Position numbers and translations under genes: made by a program. Positions 33,452-43,923 of a stretch of DNA of 53,953 bases are shown piece by piece. The DNA comes from a virus (Duplodnaviria > Caudoviricetes): positions 1 to 53,953 of IMG/VR virus record IMGVR_UViG_3300021138_001458. One strand, given 5' to 3'. The first letter of the stretch is position 1. Each line of letters begins with the position of its first letter. The notes beneath the pieces are model-generated. The model saw only the letters and a list, made by a program, of their open reading frames with translations, was not told the origin of the DNA and made no database searches.

Positions 33452-36400
33452 TTATGATATTGAATTTACGTAAGCTCTAAAGTCTGCTACAGTTAAAGGA
33501 GTTCCTGGAAGTTTTCCAGCTGCTCTTGCTATTACTGGGTTTTGCTTAGATACGCTTGCTGCTGATAATCCCTTTGCTTGAACAATTGTTGTAGTGTCTT
33601 GGCTGTTGAATACCGGAACTAGTGCTGGGAAGAATACTAATCCATATATGCTTAGCATACCTTGCCCTGATATATCACGTTTGTGATGCTTCCAGTAATC
33701 AAAATACATATCAACTAGATCAAGTTGTTGAATTCCTGGCATTGTTCTAATCTGCTCTAATGTGTAGCTTGGACCTGGAGTTCCTCCTGGTGCTACATTG
33801 TCTGAAGTCCATTGAATTAATCCTGTTGCAAAAAGAGTACGACCTGGTCCTGGGTTACTGTAAGCTTTTTTATTTGCGTCATAATAAAGAGAATCAGCTG
33901 GGTTCAGTCCACTCTCTGCATTCATGACTTTTAGCACATTCTCATCACTGATATTATATTTAGCACATATTGCTTTTAGCTTTGTTCTAAAGGCTTGGTC
34001 GTTGTACAGGGCCTTACCCTTAATGACAGCTGATGCATTTCCAGTAGCCGGTGAACCTGCTGGTGCTGGTGGAGTAAATCCACTCGTTGCTGCACCTACA
34101 GCTGTTGCCTCAGCTGATAACAAAGATTTAGTTTTAATCTTTATCATTTGGCCTTTTATACTTGTAAGCCACTCATTTGCTACTATTGTATGCCTCAATC
34201 CTGAGATAATAAAGCCAACTTTTGTAAAAGTTCCATCCCCTCTAAGACTTGCTGGAAGTCTGTCATCTGGTATTGTGAAGGAGTTTCCTATGTGAATACC
34301 TGCAATACCGTCAATAGTTATATCGAGGTTCATTGGAATAAATGGAGCTGCGTTGGTTGCTGTATCTTTGTCTACTGCTTTTGGATCTCTCTGTCCTTTT
34401 AGCTTTGATAATCTTTCAATATAATAGTTTTTGGCTGTATCAACTCTGCTTAGGTCTAGGGCTGGAGTTCCATAATAGATGCTCTTTACGTGAGCATCAA
34501 ATTGAGTTGCTAAATCTTTATCTGATATTGCTTTTAAATTTGGATTGGTTCCTGGTGAAGTAGAGGCAGCTTCTGTACGGAATGGTATGTATCTGTCTCT
34601 TGTATACTCATTCTGCCATGAAAAACTTGATCCGTCCAAAGAGTTTACAGCAGCTGATCTATCTCCAGTACTCTGTGCTGATATTGCTAGCATTGAGGCA
34701 AGTCTTGTTGACATCTCTGTCTTAAACTGCATCGCTCTAACTAAGCTATCTTGCCCAAAAATTGGAATAGTCGTATACTGTCCTGGATTAACTCCATCTG
34801 GAACAATGATACCTGAATCCTCTGCTTCGTAGCCTGGGGTTGTTTGATTATCTTTTATAAATACTGTGTTACTCTCGTCATTATACGAAACTGAGAACAT
34901 ATTAAAGCAGCCCGTTGACTTGTTGATGTCATCCATTACCCTTTCTAGGAAAGGTTTTAGATTTACAGAATGTCTTGCATCGCTTCCTGATAATGAGTCT
35001 AGTAGTTTGATTAAGTAAGAAACGTTTACCAAGATTTCCATAGTCTTGCCTTGATACTTCTTAGATCTAAATTTAACACTGCCTATACCTTTACCAGTAC
35101 CATTAGTGAGTACGTTAGATATGTAGTTCTGTGTTGCTGGGTCAAACTCCCCACTAGGTACTAGATTAGCTGGGAATATGCTATCGTAATCTCCTTTAGT
35201 TCCCTGGAAAGGGATTAAACAAGTAGTCGGATCTATAGAAAGATGCTGAGGAGTTGATAGACAGAAGTTTGTTTCTGGATTAAAATCGATGTACACGAAT
35301 GGTTTTGGTGCTGCACTAACAGTTTTAGCTGCTGTCTTAGTTGCTGTCGGATCACTCTGTGAGTCATAGATTAAACACATGCTATTAAGAAAGGCAAGTA
35401 AATACCCTAACTTAATATAAACCGGATATTCAGGTATGCCATTAGAGTTTGATTGATTCAATTCATACCTAACTGCATAAGCTGTACATAGGCTGTCCCA
35501 ATCCACTGTTGGAGTTGTGGTCTTATATGTGTCTGGATCAAGCATTAAACTGCTATTAAAACCTCTATTAGCATAGGCTTTTAGATCAAAGTTATTAGCA
35601 TCTACTGCACCTGTGTAGCCGATTACTCCATTTAAGACTCCAGCACTAAATATTGTAGTTGTATTTTCTTTTGTAGATACTGGAATTACTGGAGTTTGTT
35701 GATTGGTAACAAGTGCTAGAATACCGGAACTCTGTATAGATACCAGCATTGCGTGTAAAGCAGATTGAAACTTGTTTGGATCATCTGTTTGAGTTGTATC
35801 TGCATTGTTTGTTGTTGAGTCAGCACTTCCAGATGCAGCTCCTGCTGCACTTGCAGGCTTTGCTGCTGCAGATGGTATGGACAAAGCTCCTCCAACTCCA
35901 TTCGAAGTTAAAATTAAATATGGATTATTAAACTCAAGAGTGACCGTACCTGTTGCTACTTTAGCTGCTGGATTTGTTGCCTTTCCTGTGTATTTGAGTG
36001 GTATAGTCGGTAGGTCCTGTAAGCCTACTTCAATAGTTGCTAAAAATCCGCTTCCTTTTTCAACTTTACGCACTGATCCTCGTAGAACGGATTGTTTAAA
36101 TATAGAGTCTAACCAATTCCAAACTTGCTGCCAAGTCAAACTTGCATAATCATCTGGGGAGCTTTCTATATGGTAATTGATTGTAAAATTAAAATTCTCA
36201 AGATCTCCAATCTGAAAAATCTTTCCAGTAAATGAAGGTGCATCATAGGATCTAGTTCCGTAGTTATAGTCAGCATCTCCCGGTGCTCCACTGGCGTAGC
36301 GCATCCATTGCCCCACAGTGCTACTCATTCCTGCCCCTGCAGATCCTGGTACCTTTGCAAAATTTGAAAGTTCATAGTTGATTTCAGTACCAGATAAAGT

Positions 36401-37831
36401 CACACTCGAACCATTTGTAACCTGCTTCCATCCAGCTCGTTGTCGATCTGAGGCCTTGTTGGTTATTTCAGGTATGAATAGTCCACCATACTTTTGTCTA
36501 GGTCCATATTTTGGAACAAAGTAGTAACTATAAAGAGGGTTAGTTGCTGATAGATCAGCTTGGTAGACCATTCCTGTGGCTGTATAACCATAGTCTGGTA
36601 CCCAACCAGTAAGCCATTGTTGATATGTTGTTGGAGTTTTCACATCTCCTACGTATTGTTGATACAGTTCTTGGGGATTTCTTGCGACTCTATCAAGCAC
36701 CTCTCCGCCTGCACCTGCTGTCGGAGCTACAGAGCTGCTTGGATCTAGGATGATTGCTTTACCATCAGTACCACCACAGTCATACTTTAAAACTTTTTGT
36801 AGTTTTGTGTCATAATAAGCATTGTTGTAGTAAAAAGCAAAAGAACTATACTGTCCCGTACCGTTTGCGTACTTGCTTCCATCTGTACCAGTTACAATGG
36901 AGAATTGTCTAACACAAGGAGGATAATTGTTTATATCACCTGCCGTATTAGTCTGTTGCTGTGTTTGTATCTGTTTGATTGTATTTTTATATGCCTCATA
37001 TAGGGCATTTGGCATCTGGTATGACGAGTTGATTTTAATTGTATCAATTACTGAGCCTAGTCCAGCTAACTTTAGTGTACAATCAAAGCCTCCTTCTTGG
37101 TTCATTGCGTAGTCGTAATTTACAACCATACCAAGCATCCCATCATAATTACCACTAGTATTCTTTGTATTTCTATAGACTGCTTGTTGAATTAATTCTT
37201 TTGAATTTAATCCACTACTAAATACATCTATACCGTATTGGTTAGTTTGAAATTTTCCAGTATTATCATGATACTGAACATGCCCCCACTCAATGAACAT
37301 TGAGTATCCTAATCTGAAGTAAAGAAGCTCCATGACATCTAGCTGATCCATGGTCCATATCTTGAAGCTAATAGTTGCTCCTCTCAGTGATCCGAGAGTA
37401 CCTTGTGATTCAATAGCAACATCAGTTAGACCTGGCATTGGTCTATATCCATACTTATCTAAGCTACTTCTAAACCCATAAGCGCCATCAACTCCAAGTC
37501 CGGATCTTATTCTCGTTTGAACCTGTTTATCAGCTACTGTCACTGCTGATGTACCAGCTTCCAATGTCCAGTTCTTTGCTAGTCCATCAAGTCCGTTCTT
37601 ATCGTCTGAAGTTACTATAGGTAGTTTACCATAAACCTTCTGTGCGTCCGCTTCTACTAAGTTTACAGAGGAAATAAGCCTCACCCAAGCCGTTTTATTA
37701 GCCAAGAATAGGACCTGTTCTGGAGTTCTACTTGTTGAGGTGTTGTCCTTTGCACGAAGATTTAGCTGGTCTCTTACAAAAGGATCAAAAGGAGCCCCTA
37801 TAACATTGGATAATTTATTACTATCTGCCAT
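33452..37831 (-). CDS. baseplate hub-like protein with a C-terminal lysozyme/lytic transglycosylase-like domain
   Basis: 1459 aa following the LysM-like gene; RPMPG.T...LR.ATI hub-like N-terminus; C-terminal VMNAESGLNP...ATGLIQW SLT-like motifs. Confidence 0.7.
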   Translation of the reverse strand: MADSNKLSNVIGAPFDPFVRDQLNLRAKDNTSTSRTPEQVLFLANKTAWVRLISSVNLVEADAQKVYGKLPIVTSDDKNGLDGLAKNWTLEAGTSAVTVADKQVQTRIRSGLGVDGAYGFRSSLDKYGYRPMPGLTDVAIESQGTLGSLRGATISFKIWTMDQLDVMELLYFRLGYSMFIEWGHVQYHDNTGKFQTNQYGIDVFSSGLNSKELIQQAVYRNTKNTSGNYDGMLGMVVNYDYAMNQEGGFDCTLKLAGLGSVIDTIKINSSYQMPNALYEAYKNTIKQIQTQQQTNTAGDINNYPPCVRQFSIVTGTDGSKYANGTGQYSSFAFYYNNAYYDTKLQKVLKYDCGGTDGKAIILDPSSSVAPTAGAGGEVLDRVARNPQELYQQYVGDVKTPTTYQQWLTGWVPDYGYTATGMVYQADLSATNPLYSYYFVPKYGPRQKYGGLFIPEITNKASDRQRAGWKQVTNGSSVTLSGTEINYELSNFAKVPGSAGAGMSSTVGQWMRYASGAPGDADYNYGTRSYDAPSFTGKIFQIGDLENFNFTINYHIESSPDDYASLTWQQVWNWLDSIFKQSVLRGSVRKVEKGSGFLATIEVGLQDLPTIPLKYTGKATNPAAKVATGTVTLEFNNPYLILTSNGVGGALSIPSAAAKPASAAGAASGSADSTTNNADTTQTDDPNKFQSALHAMLVSIQSSGILALVTNQQTPVIPVSTKENTTTIFSAGVLNGVIGYTGAVDANNFDLKAYANRGFNSSLMLDPDTYKTTTPTVDWDSLCTAYAVRYELNQSNSNGIPEYPVYIKLGYLLAFLNSMCLIYDSQSDPTATKTAAKTVSAAPKPFVYIDFNPETNFCLSTPQHLSIDPTTCLIPFQGTKGDYDSIFPANLVPSGEFDPATQNYISNVLTNGTGKGIGSVKFRSKKYQGKTMEILVNVSYLIKLLDSLSGSDARHSVNLKPFLERVMDDINKSTGCFNMFSVSYNDESNTVFIKDNQTTPGYEAEDSGIIVPDGVNPGQYTTIPIFGQDSLVRAMQFKTEMSTRLASMLAISAQSTGDRSAAVNSLDGSSFSWQNEYTRDRYIPFRTEAASTSPGTNPNLKAISDKDLATQFDAHVKSIYYGTPALDLSRVDTAKNYYIERLSKLKGQRDPKAVDKDTATNAAPFIPMNLDITIDGIAGIHIGNSFTIPDDRLPASLRGDGTFTKVGFIISGLRHTIVANEWLTSIKGQMIKIKTKSLLSAEATAVGAATSGFTPPAPAGSPATGNASAVIKGKALYNDQAFRTKLKAICAKYNISDENVLKVMNAESGLNPADSLYYDANKKAYSNPGPGRTLFATGLIQWTSDNVAPGGTPGPSYTLEQIRTMPGIQQLDLVDMYFDYWKHHKRDISGQGMLSIYGLVFFPALVPVFNSQDTTTIVQAKGLSAASVSKQNPVIARAAGKLPGTPLTVADFRAYVNSIS

Positions 37832-38129
37832 TATTTTCTGCGTTGTATGATGTTAAAACTTGTCTTATATCTGACGGAATTCTCAACTGAGCTCCGATTG
37901 GAGGATAAATTGAATCACCAGGTAGTGCGTTTGCTGATGCAATCACCCACCATAAACTACTATCCTGATAAAAGTCATTTGCAAGCAAATCTAATCTATC
38001 TCCAAGAGTTGTTATTACGTAGTAATCAGTGTTAGTTGGTGGAATATCTGGATAAATATTATTAGTATAGTATTGAGATCCTGTTGTATTCAACTTTAAA
38101 ACATCTATATTTTGGTATCTTGATGGCAT
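37821..38129 (-). CDS. LysM-like baseplate wedge protein (gp53/tail X-like)
   Basis: GDRLDLLA..FY.D..LWWVIA.AN...G.QLRIP. Confidence 0.8.
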   Translation of the reverse strand: MPSRYQNIDVLKLNTTGSQYYTNNIYPDIPPTNTDYYVITTLGDRLDLLANDFYQDSSLWWVIASANALPGDSIYPPIGAQLRIPSDIRQVLTSYNAENNGR

Positions 38130-38135
38130 ATAATA

Positions 38136-40271
38136 TTATTTAGGAAAAGGTGGTGGAGTCTTAAAATAATTTTGATACTCTGTATTTGCTCCAGGTTGCA
38201 GAAGTGGTTTAGAATTATTACCAAAGTACTGCTTATTGGTAGGTCTATACCCATCATACATGGTATTATTAGTCTTATCTCTTAAGGCATCCTCTTGCTG
38301 AGCAGGGAAGAATGTTGGAGTTGCTGTTGGTGGTGGTGTGGCTTTTCCTTTACTTGTATGTTTGGTCTTTTTCTGTCTATTTTTATGTTTTTGTACTGTA
38401 GGTGAAGGAATGACTCCTATTGGAGTTCCTGTTATCGGTCCTGTAGGAGTTCCTATAATTAGATCTGGTGTTGGTCTTGTGACGATGGTACCTGGTGCAA
38501 GTTGTGGTGTCGGATTCTCTATATACTCGATTGGAGTTCCTAGATAGTTTTCTCTTGATATCAGCGGAACAAATGGATTTAAGCTATTTTCTCTTCTTGG
38601 TAGTAGATCCATAATAGGTTTAAAGCTACATTGGATTGAAACTAAATGCGGTAGTTGTTGTACGATATCACGTGGATATAGTATAGGAACTCCTGGACTG
38701 TAGTCTCCGGAATGACCTTTTCTATCATATAGGCTATCTACAGCATAGTCATCGTCCTGCTGATTGCTATTTAGCAAAGTCTCCCACGAGCTGTTTTCGT
38801 CGATTGTAATGTTTACATTTTCAAGGAAGCCAGGTATTCTATATAAATAATCTCCAATCGTTAATCTTACAACTGAGCCTCTCATTAAGTTCGAAGTTGG
38901 AGAATAGTCTGGATATACTTGAGTCATTAAATGGTTTAGCTTCTTGTATAGAGTCTGCATCTCACTTCTTGTCTGTACAAACATCTTGAAGCTAAATGAA
39001 ATGGATCTATCGAACCCTTGATAGGTTCTAAAAGTTTCACCTCTACCTAGGTATTTGAAGGTATTGTATTCCGCTTGGTTGGTATCTGTAATTCCTCCAT
39101 CCATGAAGGCTCTCATGACAATAGCAATCGCATCTCCTGCAAAGTCATTACTCATACACTCAAAAGTGAACTTAATAAGATCCTTAGTCTCATTTCCACT
39201 CTCTAAGGGAGCATCCCAAGGACTATATTTAGTTGTATCGTAGTAGTATAGTCCTGTTGCATTAACAGAGTCGATTGCTTGTGGTTTTACATCGTTGTAG
39301 CTAGTTCTATCATCAGCCGCTCCTGGATTACCCACTCCATATCGAGTTTCTAAGTTATAGTCTGCGTAGTCTTCGTTGTAAACTGTTGAATCATCCGGTA
39401 GCTGTGCTCTAAAATCTTGTAGATTTGGATGTGCTGCAGTAGTACCAAAGCCAGTAGTTTGTGCAGCTATTTGGCTGTAAGAGAAGGCTAGATTAGAGTA
39501 TGCAACTCCATCTACACTTGTCTGAGCTATTGCTTTTTCTGTGCTTGTATACTTTCCTATCGAAGTAAATCCATCCCCATAAGTCGAGCCTGGGCCTCCT
39601 TGGTAGTTGAATAGCTCGCTACCATAATTAGAAATTCCATAAGCATTTGCAAAAGCAATCCCGTTTACATTAATAAGTCCTGTTAGTTTTGTTTGCTGTA
39701 AAAGGAGTAGTCTATTACTACTTTCGTCATTGTTGTATGATACAAAATACTCGTAGGTCTGAGTTGGATCATCTGCTACTGATAGATATGCTCCATGTCT
39801 CTTTAAATGAACACCAGTACCTTGTGAAGCAATCTGTGCTAACATGTTACGTCCTGTGTCATCAAACTGCTGGGTTGGTGCTAATGGTTGTGAGTTGAGG
39901 CTGTTTACTAGGTTTTCAAGAGTTGAAAAATTTAACTTTTGAGTAGCTACTAGTTGTAAGTTTGGATTCGTTTTTTGCAAGTCTGTCTGCTTTTGTAAAA
40001 ACAGTCCTCCCTTAGCAGGATCATCCATAAAAGCCTTTATTCTTGCACGATCAATGTCTCCTGCTGGAGTTGTTGTGAGTGGTCCGGCAAAAGTTAAAGC
40101 TCCTCCTCTTACAAAAGAATCAGATCCGTTAATACCCCTTGAAAAGGTATCAAATAGTATTGGGTTTATGGTTTGTGGTGTTATGTACGGCTGTCCACTA
40201 TCTCCCCCTCCAGGTAGATCTCCCCCATATTTTAAGTTTGTTAGATCCGAGTTGTAGTCAATTAAAGGCAT
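38136..40271 (-). CDS. baseplate / tail-tube-initiator-like structural protein
   Basis: MRAF...ITD...Y.GRGE...Y.GF.RSISFSF...RLTIGD module; lies between the tape measure and LysM genes. Confidence 0.65.
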   Translation of the reverse strand: MPLIDYNSDLTNLKYGGDLPGGGDSGQPYITPQTINPILFDTFSRGINGSDSFVRGGALTFAGPLTTTPAGDIDRARIKAFMDDPAKGGLFLQKQTDLQKTNPNLQLVATQKLNFSTLENLVNSLNSQPLAPTQQFDDTGRNMLAQIASQGTGVHLKRHGAYLSVADDPTQTYEYFVSYNNDESSNRLLLLQQTKLTGLINVNGIAFANAYGISNYGSELFNYQGGPGSTYGDGFTSIGKYTSTEKAIAQTSVDGVAYSNLAFSYSQIAAQTTGFGTTAAHPNLQDFRAQLPDDSTVYNEDYADYNLETRYGVGNPGAADDRTSYNDVKPQAIDSVNATGLYYYDTTKYSPWDAPLESGNETKDLIKFTFECMSNDFAGDAIAIVMRAFMDGGITDTNQAEYNTFKYLGRGETFRTYQGFDRSISFSFKMFVQTRSEMQTLYKKLNHLMTQVYPDYSPTSNLMRGSVVRLTIGDYLYRIPGFLENVNITIDENSSWETLLNSNQQDDDYAVDSLYDRKGHSGDYSPGVPILYPRDIVQQLPHLVSIQCSFKPIMDLLPRRENSLNPFVPLISRENYLGTPIEYIENPTPQLAPGTIVTRPTPDLIIGTPTGPITGTPIGVIPSPTVQKHKNRQKKTKHTSKGKATPPPTATPTFFPAQQEDALRDKTNNTMYDGYRPTNKQYFGNNSKPLLQPGANTEYQNYFKTPPPFPK

Positions 40272-40272
40272 T

Positions 40273-40464
40273 TTATATCTTTTTAGCCATTCTTAGAGTT
40301 TCTAAGTAGGTTAGGTTTACGTTATTCGTAACTACATCTATTGGATCTGGAGTTTGTTGGTTTGGTACTGTGTTTTCAGGTTTGGTTTCAAACACTCCAG
40401 TAGTTGTTGTAAGTCCTTTTTTGCTTAGATTAGATCCTTGTATTTGACTTAATACTGTGCTCAT
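40273..40464 (-). CDS. small hypothetical virion-associated protein
   Basis: ORF track; tightly packed in the tail operon. Confidence 0.6.
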   Translation of the reverse strand: MSTVLSQIQGSNLSKKGLTTTTGVFETKPENTVPNQQTPDPIDVVTNNVNLTYLETLRMAKKI

Positions 40465-40474
40465 AGTTTAGAGT

Positions 40475-42745
40475 TTAATTCATCATTTGATAATAACCGT
40501 TCTTGAATGCATAGGTAACTTGTCTACCATCAATTGCTATGACTAGTTTTGCAGGTGGTTGAGCTGCACTCTTTTGCTCAAAGCTTTCATACTGTCGTGC
40601 TTGATCTGCAGTCATTGTTTTTGGTGCTTTTTGATCTGCAACTGCTGCTGTATTCATAGGAGTTCCTACATCCGTTCCTCCTCCACCAAGACCTCTTATA
40701 TTACTTTCTGCGGTGTCGAAGAAGTCCCCAACAGCCATTTTATCTTCGTGACTTATTGCATAAAAGAATCGCGCTATTCCTGCAACTCCTTTTGCCATAA
40801 TGCCTATTGCATGTGCAATAGCTGCTGCTATATCACGAACCATGAACATCGTTTCTTTTATATGCTCTGGTTTTGATAACCAGTCAAAGGCTTGTTGCAA
40901 CTCATCCATAATTCCTGAACTTGTTATCAAGTCAGCGAATCCAGCTTTTATTTTTTCAATAAATGCATTTATTTTTTCTTGGATAGATAAAGTTGTTAAG
41001 TTTTGATACGCTCCTTCTCCTAGTGCTTTATTTATCTCTTTTTCTGAGCCGAATCTCTGCTTTGCAATTCTCAGCTGTTCTGCACTAGTTGCATTCTGCT
41101 TTGTGCCTAACCTATCCATGTAAAGCTGTGTCTTTAGCATATCGGATAGCTGATCTCTTGTCATACCAACTGACTCTGAAATCGACTCTTGCTGGATTCT
41201 ATTCATTTTACCGAACTCAAGATAATTTCCAGCATTCTTTGATATTTCTGAAGCTGCTGTTACTAGATCGTTATTTAGGAATGCCTCTCTTGCTTTTGTA
41301 AGATTTAATTGCTTTCCTGTTAAAACTTGAGCTTCAATTTCCTTTGAGATACTGCCTTCAAAATCTAAAAAGTGGCCAGCTAATCCGTCCAACTGCTTCA
41401 ACTCTAAACCAAAGGTCTTAGTTGTCACTAAAGCCTTTGCTATCTTTCCTGGATATAAGGAGAACTGAAGACCTAAATAGCCTCCTAGCTTACTTGCCTG
41501 GCTTAGTACTTGTTGATAACTTAAACCAATGCCTGTGGCTGCTTTTAGTCCAGCTACTTGAGCAAATACTGACTTGGTTAGGTCCTCTGACTTCTGTCCT
41601 GTTATAGTCGTTGATTCAGCAATGTTTTTTCTCGCCTCTTCATCGAGTCCTATAAGGTCTTTTAGTTTTATATTTGTTGATAGCTGCTCAGCTGTTAATT
41701 TATTAGTTGTTCCTAATAAGCCCACCAACTCTGTATAAGAGTCCATTAGCTTTTCAGTATTAACGAGTAGATCTCCGTTAGAATAGTTTATGCTTGCAAA
41801 TTCATTTCGTATTGCAGTTGCTTCTTTTCTTGAAACACCTAAAGCTCTTCCAAATTTAACTGTTCTATCCTCAATACCTACAATATAATCAAATGCTGCT
41901 TTTAGTCCGCTAAGAATTCCTCCTACTATAGGAATCATAGATGATACTAGAGCTACTGGGTCACTTAACGTATCTTTTATAGCTGAGCCTGCTGCACCAC
42001 CTAGAGCTTTCATCTTATCTCCGAAGTTTATGCTCTTACCTTCTTCTCTAGCCTTTCTAGCTGATTCTGTAATTCTCCTATAGTATTCGTCTCCAACCCC
42101 AAGCTTCTCTGCAAATTTACCTGCAAGGGCTCCTGTAATTCCAATGTCTTTTTGTAGCTGTTTTTCGAACTCTAATTGTTTTTTTAGGCCTTCCGTGGTT
42201 TTCTGCTGGACTTCCTGTCTTTTTTTAGCTCCTACGTAAGTTAGCTGCTCTATGTTTAAAATATCTTCCTTAGCTGCTATATTAGATTCTAGCTTAGCTA
42301 GTTGAGCTTCTATTTTAGCTCTCTTAACTTTAGCCCCCATACTAGTCGATTCTAGCTCTCTTTCTTTTTTTCCTCTTTGCTCTAGTAATTTAGAATAAGC
42401 ATCTGCATCTTTTTTCTGTGTCTTATTTAAGGCTTGAGATAGATCAGCTATTTTCTTATCTGCTAAGTATTGCTTCTCTTTATTATCCTTAAGCTGTCTA
42501 TTAATTTCTTTTATGTTAATAGTACCTCTCTCAATAGTTGCTAGTTTAGCCTCTATTTTTTCATAATACTTCAAAGTTTCAGATAGATCCTTGATACTAT
42601 CTTTTAGCTGATTTTTATAGTCACCATTTAACCTTAGGAGGTCTTTAAGACTCTCCTTAACATCTCCGACTCCAGCTGCTATAGATGGTCCTGTCGTATT
42701 TTGATTGTTAGGTTGATTTGGTGTATTTGTTGGATTTTGGGCCAT
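40475..42745 (-). CDS. tape measure protein-like
   Basis: 756 aa, helical and Ala/Lys/Gln-rich; LDFE.SI..E.EA..LTG..LNL..AR motif; follows the tube and chaperone genes. Confidence 0.75.
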   Translation of the reverse strand: MAQNPTNTPNQPNNQNTTGPSIAAGVGDVKESLKDLLRLNGDYKNQLKDSIKDLSETLKYYEKIEAKLATIERGTINIKEINRQLKDNKEKQYLADKKIADLSQALNKTQKKDADAYSKLLEQRGKKERELESTSMGAKVKRAKIEAQLAKLESNIAAKEDILNIEQLTYVGAKKRQEVQQKTTEGLKKQLEFEKQLQKDIGITGALAGKFAEKLGVGDEYYRRITESARKAREEGKSINFGDKMKALGGAAGSAIKDTLSDPVALVSSMIPIVGGILSGLKAAFDYIVGIEDRTVKFGRALGVSRKEATAIRNEFASINYSNGDLLVNTEKLMDSYTELVGLLGTTNKLTAEQLSTNIKLKDLIGLDEEARKNIAESTTITGQKSEDLTKSVFAQVAGLKAATGIGLSYQQVLSQASKLGGYLGLQFSLYPGKIAKALVTTKTFGLELKQLDGLAGHFLDFEGSISKEIEAQVLTGKQLNLTKAREAFLNNDLVTAASEISKNAGNYLEFGKMNRIQQESISESVGMTRDQLSDMLKTQLYMDRLGTKQNATSAEQLRIAKQRFGSEKEINKALGEGAYQNLTTLSIQEKINAFIEKIKAGFADLITSSGIMDELQQAFDWLSKPEHIKETMFMVRDIAAAIAHAIGIMAKGVAGIARFFYAISHEDKMAVGDFFDTAESNIRGLGGGGTDVGTPMNTAAVADQKAPKTMTADQARQYESFEQKSAAQPPAKLVIAIDGRQVTYAFKNGYYQMMN

Positions 42746-42774
42746 GTGCTATCTTTATTCTTTTAAATAAATAG

Positions 42775-43071
42775 CTATCTTCTCGATTTTGCTGTCGAGG
42801 TATAAGTAGGCTTTGCTGATATGGGAGCAGAGTCTGGGATTCCAGGCCTGCTTATGAGAGGTTTGTCGGCTGTTACTGTTTGGTTGGCTTCTTGTTTCTC
42901 TCGTACTAATTCGAGAAACTCATTGACTTTCTTGATGTTATACCTTCTAATTTGGATAGGCATATCCATAACTTCCGAGTATATGAAGCCCCCCTGGCCG
43001 TGATAGACCAGGTCAAAGACTTCAGCCATGTAAGTTGCTCTATATTCCGCTGCCGGGAAAAAAAAACTCAC
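42775..43071 (-). CDS. tail assembly chaperone C-terminal extension (probably made by frameshifting from the upstream gene)
   Basis: Overlaps the upstream ORF at a T9 run; FFPAAEYR...LVYHGQGG..YSEV..MPI..R.Y pattern. Confidence 0.7.
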   Translation of the reverse strand: MSFFFPAAEYRATYMAEVFDLVYHGQGGFIYSEVMDMPIQIRRYNIKKVNEFLELVREKQEANQTVTADKPLISRPGIPDSAPISAKPTYTSTAKSRR

Positions 43072-43801
43072 CAGTTAATGGCAAATCTAAATCAGTTATT
43101 TCTTTGCCTGATGATAGCTTGATGCTGACTGTCATGTCAATATCTGGAGTAAGCTCTGCTATGCGTGTTCTTAATTCTATTGAATCTTTCGCTATTAGAT
43201 AGTTATCTACAAAGTCTCTTACAGCTTTTGGATCATAGTCACCATTCACAGAAAGGATCTGCTTTTTAAGGCGTGTAGTGATCTCTCCAGCAGTTAAGTT
43301 TGCTTTCTTTAGACCTTTGATCTCAGCATCGATTTGCTTCTGATCTCCGACTGTAAGTAGTTTGAAAGTTACCGTGTTTTTTGAGAATGGTAATACGAAT
43401 GCAAATTCGTTTTTATTTTCATAAGCTGTGTAGTCAACTTCTTTCTCTTTTAGTTGATTCAAGTCTACAGCTACTTTTTCTGTGATTTCTGTTTCTGGAT
43501 CTGTGTAGGTGATTAGGTATTCTGCTCCGTATCCTAAGATCCTTGCAGCTATTAGTAATCCATTACGATCTCCTAATACTAAATCATCGAAGTTGATTGG
43601 GGATTTAACCAGTGCTTGCAATACTTTTTCAATTGCTATACCCTGCTTTAGTAGGTTTGGATTCGTTAGAATATCCTCCTCTCTTGCAGTCATGTACTTC
43701 ATTTCTACAGTTCCACTAGAAAGTGGATTCTCTTTTGCATAAAGCAAACCTTTCGAAGGTAAATTGATTGTCTCAGTTGGTAGCGTAAACTTTTCAGCCA
43801 T
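43040..43801 (-). CDS. tail assembly chaperone / baseplate hub assembly protein (T4 gp26-like)
   Basis: LPSKG..Y, MTAREEDIL, GDR..LLIAARI..YG and LP.SK..VTFKLLT motifs; ends FFFP. Confidence 0.8.
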   Translation of the reverse strand: MAEKFTLPTETINLPSKGLLYAKENPLSSGTVEMKYMTAREEDILTNPNLLKQGIAIEKVLQALVKSPINFDDLVLGDRNGLLIAARILGYGAEYLITYTDPETEITEKVAVDLNQLKEKEVDYTAYENKNEFAFVLPFSKNTVTFKLLTVGDQKQIDAEIKGLKKANLTAGEITTRLKKQILSVNGDYDPKAVRDFVDNYLIAKDSIELRTRIAELTPDIDMTVSIKLSSGKEITDLDLPLTGEFFFPGSGI

Positions 43802-43873
43802 AATCTTAATTTGTGTTTTATACTTATAAATATATACAGATCTAGTTTTTTAATAAAAAAATATTTGACCAAT

Positions 43874-43900
43874 AAAAAACCCCTTCCGTTTGAGAAGGGG
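43874..43900 (-). terminator. Rho-independent terminator after the tail tube gene
   Basis: CCCCTTC-TCAAACG-GAAGGGG followed by T6. Confidence 0.85.
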
Positions 43901-43923
43901 CTTGATTTTTTGATTATGTTGTA

